NCBI GenBank assembly: GCA_963675785.1
Contig: OY776562.1
Coordinates: 3,008,001 to 3,072,000, forward strand
Reading direction: 5' to 3'
Length of the DNA stretch: 64,000 nucleotides
From: Anaerolineae bacterium
GTDB taxonomy: Bacteria > Chloroflexota > Anaerolineae > UBA1429
Below the pieces are notes generated by a model, which saw only the letters and a list, made by a program, of their open reading frames with translations, did not search any database and was not told where the DNA came from. Both the position numbers and the translations under genes were made by a program. Of the stretch, positions 20,374 through 29,150 are shown in pieces. The first letter of the stretch is position 1; each line of letters opens with the position of its first letter.

Positions 20374-21000
20374 TTAGAGAATATCACCCTGCTTGGCGCG
20401 ATCTACCTGAGCCAGCAGGTGCATGGCAATCAACATGGCCAAGGGCTCTGTAAAGATGACGCCGATGCCGAGGGCAATACCACCTACCGCAGATGCAACT
20501 GCAAATGCTACGATGACCAAGAGAATAGCGACGATATAATCCTTGAGGTTGCTCTTGACGTAATCCCAGATCTCGGCAAAAGCAAAGAATCCGGCAAATT
20601 CTTCCTTTTTGGCAAAGCTGACAAGCATCGCCGGGTAAGCCAGGGCATAGGCGATATAGTAGACGATGGCAATCAGCACGAAAATGATGCCGAGGAAGTT
20701 AACAAAGCCGCTCTTAGAGGCGAACATGGCCACGCTGATGGACCAGACAATCGCGCCGGGAATGGCATAGACGATACCAGCAATGGAAGGCCAGAGACCC
20801 CGCATAAAGTCGCCACCAAAATCATCCCACTCGGGTAGCGGTGTTTCAGTGCCGTTCAAGAGATTTTTGAGGACACGAATGAAATAGCCAACTGCGATAA
20901 AATTGACAATGGGGATGATCAGCAAGATGCCGCCTATCAGTATCTTCTTGAGCCAATCTTTGTCATCGAATGGATAGGTAATTGCTCTGTTGATGTCCAT
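20374..21000 (-). CDS. DUF4013 membrane protein (copy 1)
   Basis: MDINRAITYPFDDKDWLKKILIGG...LPEWDDFG; SD ggagga. Confidence 0.85.
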   Translation of the reverse strand: MDINRAITYPFDDKDWLKKILIGGILLIIPIVNFIAVGYFIRVLKNLLNGTETPLPEWDDFGGDFMRGLWPSIAGIVYAIPGAIVWSISVAMFASKSGFVNFLGIIFVLIAIVYYIAYALAYPAMLVSFAKKEEFAGFFAFAEIWDYVKSNLKDYIVAILLVIVAFAVASAVGGIALGIGVIFTEPLAMLIAMHLLAQVDRAKQGDIL

Positions 21001-21123
21001 GTCTCCTCCATATTCTGGCGTTTGCCTGGCACCTGTAGTTCGAGTGACTGAATCGTCAGCCAATGTGATAAGAACTGTTTGGATTATAAAGGAAGTGAAA
21101 CCTTCTTTTCAAGCCCTTGCGGG

Positions 21124-21798
21124 CTAAACTCCCATATTCGCTCGAATTCCAGCCAAAAGGCCCATCTCAAGAAACGCTAAAAAAGTACCAGCCAGGCCGC
21201 TTTTAATATGCGAAAGTCGTATCGACTGGGTATGGCTGAAAGCCACTACCAACAGAGTATTGACCAAACTGATTGTTCCGATGACGGACCACCCCGTCAC
21301 GATCTGCCAGAAAATCAGACTATCGGGTACACGGTAAAAGATCATTGAAGAAGCAAGTATCGAACAACTCAGCGCAACGGGACCATGCCACCATGGCGAT
21401 AGAATGGGCCTGTCTGTTGCCTCCCCCTTCCAAAAATTTAGCAGAATAGGGCACAGTACTATACCAAGAACAAATCCCATGCCAGCGCCGCTATAGATTC
21501 TCAGACTGTTCGTGGGGCTGTAGAGCGCCCTGACGCTGTCTATTGAATAAATGGTCGAATTGATTCCGTCGAGAACCCAGAACATCACCAACAGCGCGAG
21601 TATGATCCTACTAACACGGGGCGGCCAGGTTCTTGCCTCTGGCTCGATTATTGTGAGCAGAACAAGAGTGATGACCAGGCTCAAGAACAGACCCGTGCAC
21701 CGAAAACATAGAAAAAGGGTGCCTCCCGTCAGGGTGATACATTGTTCTGGGATTTGGTGACAAACACCCGATAGGAAAAAGGTGATTATTGCACTCAC
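21124..21798 (-). CDS. DUF2085 membrane protein
   Basis: VCHQIPE...LCFRCTG motif, LDGINS, several TM helices. Confidence 0.8.
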   Translation of the reverse strand: MSAIITFFLSGVCHQIPEQCITLTGGTLFLCFRCTGLFLSLVITLVLLTIIEPEARTWPPRVSRIILALLVMFWVLDGINSTIYSIDSVRALYSPTNSLRIYSGAGMGFVLGIVLCPILLNFWKGEATDRPILSPWWHGPVALSCSILASSMIFYRVPDSLIFWQIVTGWSVIGTISLVNTLLVVAFSHTQSIRLSHIKSGLAGTFLAFLEMGLLAGIRANMGV

Positions 21799-21854
21799 AT
21801 CTAATGGGTCTTTCTCATACTATACGTTGGATCACACACCAAGTTGCGCATTCA

Positions 21855-21883
21855 TTGACATGATTGTTCATTCACACTAGCAT
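21855..21883 (+). promoter_or_regulatory. sigma70-type promoter
   Basis: TTGACA-17 nt-TAGCAT before the 21913 gene. Confidence 0.55.
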
Positions 21884-21912
21884 GTGCGAGTCAATGACTC
21901 AAGAGGTGAAGA

Positions 21913-22710
21913 ATGTCAATATCTACTGTCAAAATCGGAACGTTGGATATCTCTCGCTTTGTTCTAGGGGGGAATCCATTTTCGGGTTTTTCTCATCAGA
22001 GCAAAACACAAGATGATCGTTTTCGCACCTGGTATACGCCTGAACGCATTGTGGAGACCTTGTTCCACGCCGAATCCCTTGGTGTGCAAACGGTACTTGC
22101 GCGTGGTGATGCGCACATTACTGCCTGTCTTGCCGAGTATTGGCGTCAAGGCGGCACGCTAAAGTGGGTGGCTCAGACGGCATCAGAGATGGCGAGTGCG
22201 TTGATCGGTGCACAATACTGTCATGATCATGGAGCGTCTGCTTGCTATGTGCATGGAGGCGTCGTTGACTATTTGGTAGCACAGCAACGCTATGACGAAC
22301 TTGCTTCAGCCATAGAGTTTGTTTCTGGCGCCGGTCTGCCAGCAGGCATTGCTGGGCATATGCCAGACGATTTTATGTGGGCCGAAGAAAATCTGAACTG
22401 TGACTTTTACATGGTCTGTTACTATAACCCGTCTCCGCGAAGCGATTCACCGCATCACGTTCACGGCATTGCCGAAGTTTTTAGCGAAGAGGATCGGGCC
22501 GATCGAGTGGCCATTATCCCCAAGCTAACCAAGCCTGTTATACACTACAAGATACTGGCAGCGGGGCGCCTTGCTCCTGAGGATGCTTTTGCTTTTGCAG
22601 GGAAAAACCTACGGCCGCAGGATGCCGTTTGTGTGGGTGTCAATACGGGGGATGATCCCGAGATGCTGATCAAAGACATTGAACTTTATGAGAAATTCAT
22701 GGGTTCTTAA
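21913..22710 (+). CDS. Aldo/keto reductase-like TIM-barrel protein
   Basis: ISRFVLGGNPFSGFSH, GIAGH, KPVIHYKILAAGR; SD gaggtg. Confidence 0.65.
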   Translation: MSISTVKIGTLDISRFVLGGNPFSGFSHQSKTQDDRFRTWYTPERIVETLFHAESLGVQTVLARGDAHITACLAEYWRQGGTLKWVAQTASEMASALIGAQYCHDHGASACYVHGGVVDYLVAQQRYDELASAIEFVSGAGLPAGIAGHMPDDFMWAEENLNCDFYMVCYYNPSPRSDSPHHVHGIAEVFSEEDRADRVAIIPKLTKPVIHYKILAAGRLAPEDAFAFAGKNLRPQDAVCVGVNTGDDPEMLIKDIELYEKFMGS

Positions 22711-22768
22711 GGAACTCGAAAGCCCGGCTTGCGTTTATACCTGCAACGCATATGAGCGGAGTAGGATA

Positions 22769-22846
22769 ATGGAAAGTCTGGGTTTTGTAGCATTGTTGTT
22801 GTGCCTAGCGGCGCTTTCTCTTGCAGGCGCTGCTAAAAAGCCTTAA
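22769..22846 (+). CDS. Candidate 25-aa hydrophobic small protein
   Basis: MESLGFVALLLCLAALSLAGAAKKP with SD-like ggagtagga; below the ORF-track cutoff. Confidence 0.4.
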   Translation: MESLGFVALLLCLAALSLAGAAKKP

Positions 22847-22884
22847 AGCTGGTGACCTTAGCGCTATAAAGGTGAACCCCTGAA

Positions 22885-23358
22885 TCAGGCGGCGTATAGT
22901 TCAAAGACGCGATCATAGATTTGTTGTAGTGTTTCTGTTAGCGCACGTGACCAGCTTGCAAGCCTTTCAAAGGCCTCTTGTTCCATCCCTTCAAGTTGCA
23001 GGGCAGTAAGGGCATAGTATTCCGTAAGATCATTCTGCAATATCAGGCCAAGGCGGAGAATGGCGACATCTGCTTCGAGTTCTTGGACGACATCATCATT
23101 CATGATCTCTGCGAGGGCTCTCCAGCCCAGGGCGGCCTGTGCATCGACTGCGACACGGGGCATGCGTTCTAGCGAACCGCTACGCCTTGCTTTGAGTACA
23201 CCTTTGATGAACTTGATGTGCTTATCAGCTTCGTCAGCAAGCCCCTTGTATACCGAGGCAGCAGCAGCATGGCTTAGACGTGCCGCGTTTTCCGTGTAAT
23301 AGTCGCGACTCTCACGCTCAAGCTGAAGCGCATATTCACAGGACCTTAGGATATCCAT
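22885..23358 (-). CDS. Ferritin-like (rubrerythrin-domain) protein
   Basis: YALQLERESRDYY, LADEADKH; second helix pair degenerate. Confidence 0.7.
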   Translation of the reverse strand: MDILRSCEYALQLERESRDYYTENAARLSHAAAASVYKGLADEADKHIKFIKGVLKARRSGSLERMPRVAVDAQAALGWRALAEIMNDDVVQELEADVAILRLGLILQNDLTEYYALTALQLEGMEQEAFERLASWSRALTETLQQIYDRVFELYAA

Positions 23359-23395
23359 CAAAGGCTCCTTTGCTTATTCCAATCGTGCAATGTTG

Positions 23396-23440
23396 AAAGA
23401 GCAAGCCGCAGAATAGCCAATGGCTATCTGCGGCTTGCTC
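23396..23440 (-). terminator. Long hairpin (terminator or stabiliser) after rubrerythrin
   Basis: gagcaagccgcag-a-atagcca / tggctat-ctgcggcttgctc with a short U tail on the minus strand. Confidence 0.65.
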
Positions 23441-23466
23441 GATTTGGAAGAATGTTGCAGGTGCGT

Positions 23467-24015
23467 CTAGTCAAACTTGACGTACTTTTCCCGTGCCATG
23501 CCGCAGATAGGGCATTTTTCCGGTGGTTCACCGACTATAGTATGCCCACATTGAGGGCATACATAGATCGCAGCAAATTCAGGATCTTTGCCCTGTTCGA
23601 CGGCATCCAACGCTTCTTTATAAAGGGCAGCATGGGTCTGTTCAGCCTGCCAGGCCCAATCAAAGCTGCGAAGGGCAGCTTTTTCCTCTTGGGCATTAGC
23701 TACAGCTTTGTAGGCCGGATACATTTCGGCCACCTCGAACTCTTCACCTGCAATAGCGATCTTGAGATTTTCTGCCGTTTTGCCAAGACCAAAACCTGCC
23801 CCGGCAACCGTCGTAGCATCGCCAACTTCTTTGCGAAGAACGACAAAATGATTCGTCGCGTGGATCTCTTCAGCGTAGCGAATGGCCCGGAATAGTTTGG
23901 CAACGGAAGAAAAGTCATCTTTTTCAGCGCGATCGGCATAGATGCCATAGCGCATATGGGCCTGGCTTTCGCCAGCAAATGCGCTATGCAGGTTCGCGAT
24001 GGTCATATCATGCAT
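23467..24015 (-). CDS. rbr: Rubrerythrin
   Basis: FAGESQAHMRY, AEEIHA, GEEFE...Y, AEQTH; rubredoxin-like CPQCG...CPICG. Confidence 0.93.
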   Translation of the reverse strand: MHDMTIANLHSAFAGESQAHMRYGIYADRAEKDDFSSVAKLFRAIRYAEEIHATNHFVVLRKEVGDATTVAGAGFGLGKTAENLKIAIAGEEFEVAEMYPAYKAVANAQEEKAALRSFDWAWQAEQTHAALYKEALDAVEQGKDPEFAAIYVCPQCGHTIVGEPPEKCPICGMAREKYVKFD

Positions 24016-24033
24016 ACGGTCAACCTCCACTTG

Positions 24034-24429
24034 TTATTTCAGGGTGATCTCTTTGCTACTTTCCCAAAGGCCGTGAATATTGCACAGTGCCAGGGCGTGC
24101 AGTATACCCGGTTTGGTGATTTTCATTGTGGTTTTGACGGTGTGATGCGTATAAACAGGGCCTTCATTGGGACCCTTGGCATCTTCTCCATGTGCACCAA
24201 ATTCAAAGTGGCCAACTTCATGTGTGAACTTGTCACCTTCGGGTTGAAAATAAAGCGTAACATAGCTGATGTGGTGTTCGGTCGTATTGGGGTGGGCTAT
24301 TTCAGCTCCCAGGCTCACTTCAACTTCAAAGAACTGATCGGCCTCAACTGCGTCAGGAGCGGTGATGACTGGTACATGCTTCTCTTTCTTCCAATCCGCT
24401 TGCTGAATCCGGTCTCCAATAGTTGCCAT
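24034..24429 (-). CDS. Superoxide reductase (neelaredoxin/class II SORL)
   Basis: KEKHVP, HPNTTEHHI, CNIHGLW; SD aggag. Confidence 0.93.
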   Translation of the reverse strand: MATIGDRIQQADWKKEKHVPVITAPDAVEADQFFEVEVSLGAEIAHPNTTEHHISYVTLYFQPEGDKFTHEVGHFEFGAHGEDAKGPNEGPVYTHHTVKTTMKITKPGILHALALCNIHGLWESSKEITLK

Positions 24430-24567
24430 ACGAGTCCTCCTATTCAAACTCTGGTCCAATTTATACTGGCCCGCTTAGATAATTGTGAACTCTGGTTTAT
24501 CATATCATACCCTAGAGGGCGTTTCAACGTAAAAAACAATGGCCTGGGCAGTGCGTCTTGGGGGCAT

Positions 24568-24595
24568 TTGACATGGCGAACAGATGACGTATAAT
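24568..24595 (+). promoter_or_regulatory. Consensus sigma70 promoter of rpoC
   Basis: TTGACA-16 nt-TATAAT, about 220 nt before the rpoC start. Confidence 0.8.
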
Positions 24596-24818
24596 ATTAG
24601 ATTGCTAACCTTGTTTCTTAGTATATTCGGACGTGTAGCAGAATTGCGAACACGCCACCTCGCCACCAGTAGCATTTGCTGACACCAGAGTCTCGGCCCG
24701 CCTGGTTGATTGTGCGGACCAGAGCGGAGACCGGGCCTCTTGTTGTTGGCTTCGCATATGGGCCCCACACGAGCAATCTTGGTGGTTCCGTGTTTCTGCG
24801 AGCAAGCAGGAGGGAATC

Positions 24819-27800
24819 TTGGATATTAACAAGATCAACAGTATGCAGATCAGCCTCGCTTCTCCTGAGCAGATTCTGGAGTGGTCTTACGGTGAAGTAA
24901 CCAAACCGGAGACGATCAACTACAGAAGACTGCGCCCCGAGAAGGATGGTTTGTTCTGTGAGGCGATCTTTGGACCGACCAAGGATTGGCAGTGTTATTG
25001 CGGCAAGTACAAAAAAGTTCGTTTTCGCGGCATCAAGTGTGATAAGTGTGGTGTCGAAGTTACGCACTCTCGCGTGCGTCGTGAACGAATGGGCCATATC
25101 AAATTAGCTTGCCCAATTGCGCATATTTGGTACACCCGCAGATCTCCCAGCTACCTTGGCCTTCTTCTCAATATCTCTCAGCGTCACCTGGACCGCGTGC
25201 TCTATTTTGCCGAGTATGTGGTTACCAGCGTGGATGAGGGGCAGCGTGAGCGTGCTCTTGGCAAACTGGCCGAAGAGGAAAAGCGCGATGTTGAGTCAGA
25301 AGCGCAAGAATTACGAGAGCGCCTGACGGCTATCGAGACCCAGCTTGCTTCTCAGCAAGAGAGCCGTTCGAGCCGAAAGACTGAAATCGAACAAGAGATA
25401 CAGCAATCTCGTGATGCGGCTACTGAGGCCGCCATGAGCGATGCTACGCGCATTCGCCAGATTCTCGAGTCGTATGAGAATCAGCCGGCCCCCGATGACC
25501 TGCTTTTTATCCCTAGTGGTGCTCTGGTGGCCAGCACGGGCGAAATGATCGATCATTCGCACATCGTTCGTTTTCGCGAGATGGTGCAGGATGAGTTGAG
25601 CCGCATCGAAGAAGAGTACAAAGAGCGTCGGGCTCAACTGATCGCGCCTCTTGAAGATAATGGCGCTGCTGCATCTGAGGATGTTTTAAAGGAAAAGGCC
25701 GACCTTGAGCAGCGCATCCAAACTATCGCTGATCAGGTGGCAGAGCGTTTTGAGCACGAGCGTGACGAGTTAGAGATTCTCCAACCGCGCCAGTTGCTGA
25801 ATGAAACCCAGTATCGCGCACTTCGCCAGCGCTGGCCTCGCGTATTCAAGGCGGGCATGGGTGCTGAAGCTGTGCGTGATCTGGTAAGTCGTATTGATCT
25901 CGAACAGCTTGCTGAAGAGCTGCGTTCTGAGATTCGTACGACGCGTTCCAAGCAGCGCCGTAAGAAGGCTATCAAGCGCTTGCAGGTTACAGAAGCGCTA
26001 CGTCGTTCAGGCAATCGCCCCGAGTGGATGATCCTGACGGTTTTGCCCGTGATTCCTCCGGGATTGCGCCCCATGGTTCAGCTTGATGGCGGCCGTTTCG
26101 CTACGAGCGATTTGAACGACCTCTACCGGCGCGTGGTAAACCGTAATAACCGTCTCAAGCACCTGATGGAATTGCAGGCGCCTGAGGTGATTGTGCGTAA
26201 CGAAAAACGCATGCTACAGGAGGCTGTCGATTCTTTAATCGACAACAGCCGTCGTGGCAAGGCCGTCTCGCTTAGAGGCCGACGCCAGCTAAAGTCCTTG
26301 TCGGATATGCTCAAGGGCAAGCAGGGCCGTTTCCGTCGTAACCTGCTGGGCAAGCGTGTGGACTATTCCGGGCGTTCGGTTATTGTGGTTGGCCCCAAGC
26401 TTCGCTTGAACCAGTGCGGCCTACCTAAAAAGATGGCCCTGGAGCTCTTCCGACCCTTTGTGATGCACAAGTTGGTCGAATACAACTATGCAATCAATGT
26501 CAAAGGCGCCAAGCGCCTTATTGAGAGAGAGTCTCCCGAAGTCTTTGAAGTGCTTGAAGAAGTCATCAAGACTCGTCCGGTGTTGTTGAACCGTGCACCT
26601 ACGTTGCACCGCTTGGGTATTCAGGCTTTTGAGCCCATTCTGGTGGAAGGTAGTGCTATTCACCTGCACCCGTTGGTCTGTTCAGCCTTTAACGCAGACT
26701 TTGACGGTGACCAAATGGCTGTTCACGTACCACTTTCACAGGCTGCCATTACCGAAGCTCGCGAGTTGATGCTTTCAAGTAAGAACCTCTTGCGTCCTTC
26801 GAATGGTGAACCGGAAGTGGGTCCTTCCAAAGATATGGTTTTGGGCTGCTACTATTTGCTGCTTGAGCATGACGGCGTCAAGGGAGAGGGCACAGTCTTT
26901 TCCTCGGCTGCAGAAGTTGAGATGGCCTATTCTTTGGGCTATGTGCACCTTCACGCCAAGATCAAGTTCCCCTTCCAGGGGCCGGATGATGCTGAGCCGC
27001 AGTTGATCGACACTACCGTTGGGCGTGTGTTGTTTAACGAGGCATTGCCCCAAGAACTGCGCTTTGTGAACCAGCCTTTGGATAAAAGTGGACTCAAAGA
27101 GTTGGTAGCTGAGGGCTATGCCAAATTAGGCATTGAGGGCACAGCCGAATTGGTGGATGCTATCAAGGATATTGGATTCCGCTATGCAATGGTCTCGGGT
27201 GCAACCCTTGCCATTTCCGATATTCAGGTTCCTGAGGCAAAAGAACGCATTTTGGCAGAAACCAATGCCCAAGTTGCTGAGGTAGACCGTCAGTATTCCC
27301 GTGGTGCTATTACGGAGAATGAGCGTTATACCAAGCGTGTTGAGCTTTGGACGCAGGCTACTGATGATGTGACTGAAGCCGTTGCCCATATGTTGGATCC
27401 GTATAGCTCACTGGGTGTGATGGTGAGTTCAGGGGCCTCTAAGGGTGGCATGACGCCTATTCGTCAGTTGGCCGGTATGCGTGGTCTGATGGCTGACCCT
27501 TCTGGACGAATCATCGACTTGCCGATTCAGTCCAACTTCCGTGAAGGCCTTACTTCACTGGAGTACTTTATCTCGACGCACGGTGCCCGTAAAGGTTTGG
27601 CTGATACGGCGTTGCGTACGGCAGACGCTGGTTACCTGACGCGACGACTTGTCGATGTTTCGCACAGTGTCATTGTCGAGGTTGAGGATTGCGGAACCAC
27701 CAATGGCATTTGGAAGTTCCGTGAACCCGAAAAGACCGCCATTGAACCCTTTGGCGATAAGCTTATGGGCCGTTTCCCGGTTGAGCCCATTGTGAACGTT

Positions 27801-29147
27801 GCCACAGGTGAACTGATCTGTGACACTGATACCATGATCGATGAAGAGATTATCGCCATGATCGACGAGGCTGGAATCGACAAGGTATATATGCGTTCTC
27901 CATTGGCATGTGATTTGCGTCGCGGTGTTTGCCAAAAATGCTATGGCATGGATCTGGGGCGTGGGCATCTGGTCGACCTTGGCGAGGCAGTAGGTATTGT
28001 TGCTGCACAATCCATCGGCGAACCTGGAACCCAATTGACTCTGCGAACGTTCCACAGTGGAGGCGTTGCAGGTGCAGATGACATCACTCAGGGTCTTCCG
28101 CGAGTGCAAGAACTCTTTGAAGCACGAGTGCCCAAAGGCGAAGCAATTATCGCCGAGATTAGCGGGCGAGTCTCTCTTACGGCACAGGGCGAACAGCGTA
28201 CAGCAACTGTAGTAAATACACGTGTTGAACGCGTTGAACAAACCATTCCGGAAGGCTATGTGATCGCTGTCGTTGACAATGACGAGGCTAGTGAAGGCCA
28301 GGTTATTGCGTCCAACGATGACGGTGAAGAGATCCTCGCAAAAGCAAGCGGACGAGTTGGTGTGGATGGCGATACGGTCTTTGTGTCGCGCGATGTGCTC
28401 GAAGAAGTTGAGTACGAAATTCCCGTTACATCTCGTGTGCGCGTGCGCGATGGTCAAGAAGTCTTTGCTGGCGAATTGATCACTGAGGGTGCCAAGAACC
28501 CGCATACAGTGTTGGCTGTTCAAGGCATTGAAGCTACATACGACTATTTGGTCGAAGAAGTGCAAAAAGTCTATCGTTCACAGGGTGTGAACGTGAATGA
28601 CAAGCACATCGAGGTCATCGTCCGCCAGATGCTTGGCAAGGTCACTATTGCCGATAACGGCGATGCCGAAGTTTTGCCAGGCGATCTTGTTGAACGCTTT
28701 GAGCTCGAAGATCTCAATGACAAACTTTTGGCCGAAGGTCTCGAACCAGCAACAGCAAACCCTGTGCTGCTTGGTATCACCAAGGCAGCGCTCAACACGG
28801 ATAGCTTCCTCTCGGCGGCATCCTTCCAGCACACTATCAGTGTTCTGGCTAATGCAGCTATCGAAGGCAAGGTAGATAACCTTCTTGGTCTCAAAGAGAG
28901 CGTCATCATTGGAAAGCTCATCCCGGCTGGTACGGGACGACGAGAAACTGTTCCGGCGGAAGCAACTCCCGCCCACGCTGATGCTGAACCAGTTGAATCG
29001 GATCTTCTCGGAACGCTAGATGATGATTTCCTCAGCGGTGATCCGCTGGCAATGATTGACTCTCTTGAGGAAGCTTTTTCACAAGACAACGATGACACCG
29101 TTGACAATTATGACACCGTTGACGAGGCAGAAGATTCTCAGGAGTAG
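24819..29147 (+). CDS. rpoC: DNA-directed RNA polymerase beta' subunit
   Basis: [15 protein letters not shown]...[31 protein letters not shown]; TTG start with SD ggaggg. Confidence 0.99.
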   Translation: MDINKINSMQISLASPEQILEWSYGEVTKPETINYRRLRPEKDGLFCEAIFGPTKDWQCYCGKYKKVRFRGIKCDKCGVEVTHSRVRRERMGHIKLACPIAHIWYTRRSPSYLGLLLNISQRHLDRVLYFAEYVVTSVDEGQRERALGKLAEEEKRDVESEAQELRERLTAIETQLASQQESRSSRKTEIEQEIQQSRDAATEAAMSDATRIRQILESYENQPAPDDLLFIPSGALVASTGEMIDHSHIVRFREMVQDELSRIEEEYKERRAQLIAPLEDNGAAASEDVLKEKADLEQRIQTIADQVAERFEHERDELEILQPRQLLNETQYRALRQRWPRVFKAGMGAEAVRDLVSRIDLEQLAEELRSEIRTTRSKQRRKKAIKRLQVTEALRRSGNRPEWMILTVLPVIPPGLRPMVQLDGGRFATSDLNDLYRRVVNRNNRLKHLMELQAPEVIVRNEKRMLQEAVDSLIDNSRRGKAVSLRGRRQLKSLSDMLKGKQGRFRRNLLGKRVDYSGRSVIVVGPKLRLNQCGLPKKMALELFRPFVMHKLVEYNYAINVKGAKRLIERESPEVFEVLEEVIKTRPVLLNRAPTLHRLGIQAFEPILVEGSAIHLHPLVCSAFNADFDGDQMAVHVPLSQAAITEARELMLSSKNLLRPSNGEPEVGPSKDMVLGCYYLLLEHDGVKGEGTVFSSAAEVEMAYSLGYVHLHAKIKFPFQGPDDAEPQLIDTTVGRVLFNEALPQELRFVNQPLDKSGLKELVAEGYAKLGIEGTAELVDAIKDIGFRYAMVSGATLAISDIQVPEAKERILAETNAQVAEVDRQYSRGAITENERYTKRVELWTQATDDVTEAVAHMLDPYSSLGVMVSSGASKGGMTPIRQLAGMRGLMADPSGRIIDLPIQSNFREGLTSLEYFISTHGARKGLADTALRTADAGYLTRRLVDVSHSVIVEVEDCGTTNGIWKFREPEKTAIEPFGDKLMGRFPVEPIVNVATGELICDTDTMIDEEIIAMIDEAGIDKVYMRSPLACDLRRGVCQKCYGMDLGRGHLVDLGEAVGIVAAQSIGEPGTQLTLRTFHSGGVAGADDITQGLPRVQELFEARVPKGEAIIAEISGRVSLTAQGEQRTATVVNTRVERVEQTIPEGYVIAVVDNDEASEGQVIASNDDGEEILAKASGRVGVDGDTVFVSRDVLEEVEYEIPVTSRVRVRDGQEVFAGELITEGAKNPHTVLAVQGIEATYDYLVEEVQKVYRSQGVNVNDKHIEVIVRQMLGKVTIADNGDAEVLPGDLVERFELEDLNDKLLAEGLEPATANPVLLGITKAALNTDSFLSAASFQHTISVLANAAIEGKVDNLLGLKESVIIGKLIPAGTGRRETVPAEATPAHADAEPVESDLLGTLDDDFLSGDPLAMIDSLEEAFSQDNDDTVDNYDTVDEAEDSQE

Positions 29148-29150
29148 TTA

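Noticed and set aside
27555-28565. 336-aa antisense ORF inside rpoC, and similar shadow ORFs (37647-38417, 42191-42979, 23956-24594)
   Set aside because: They lie opposite well-conserved genes, have no motifs, and are expected from codon bias.
29101-29124. TTGACA/TTGACG in the rpoC tail as an internal promoter for PBP1A
   Set aside because: No -10 box at suitable spacing; they arise from the DTVD coding duplication.
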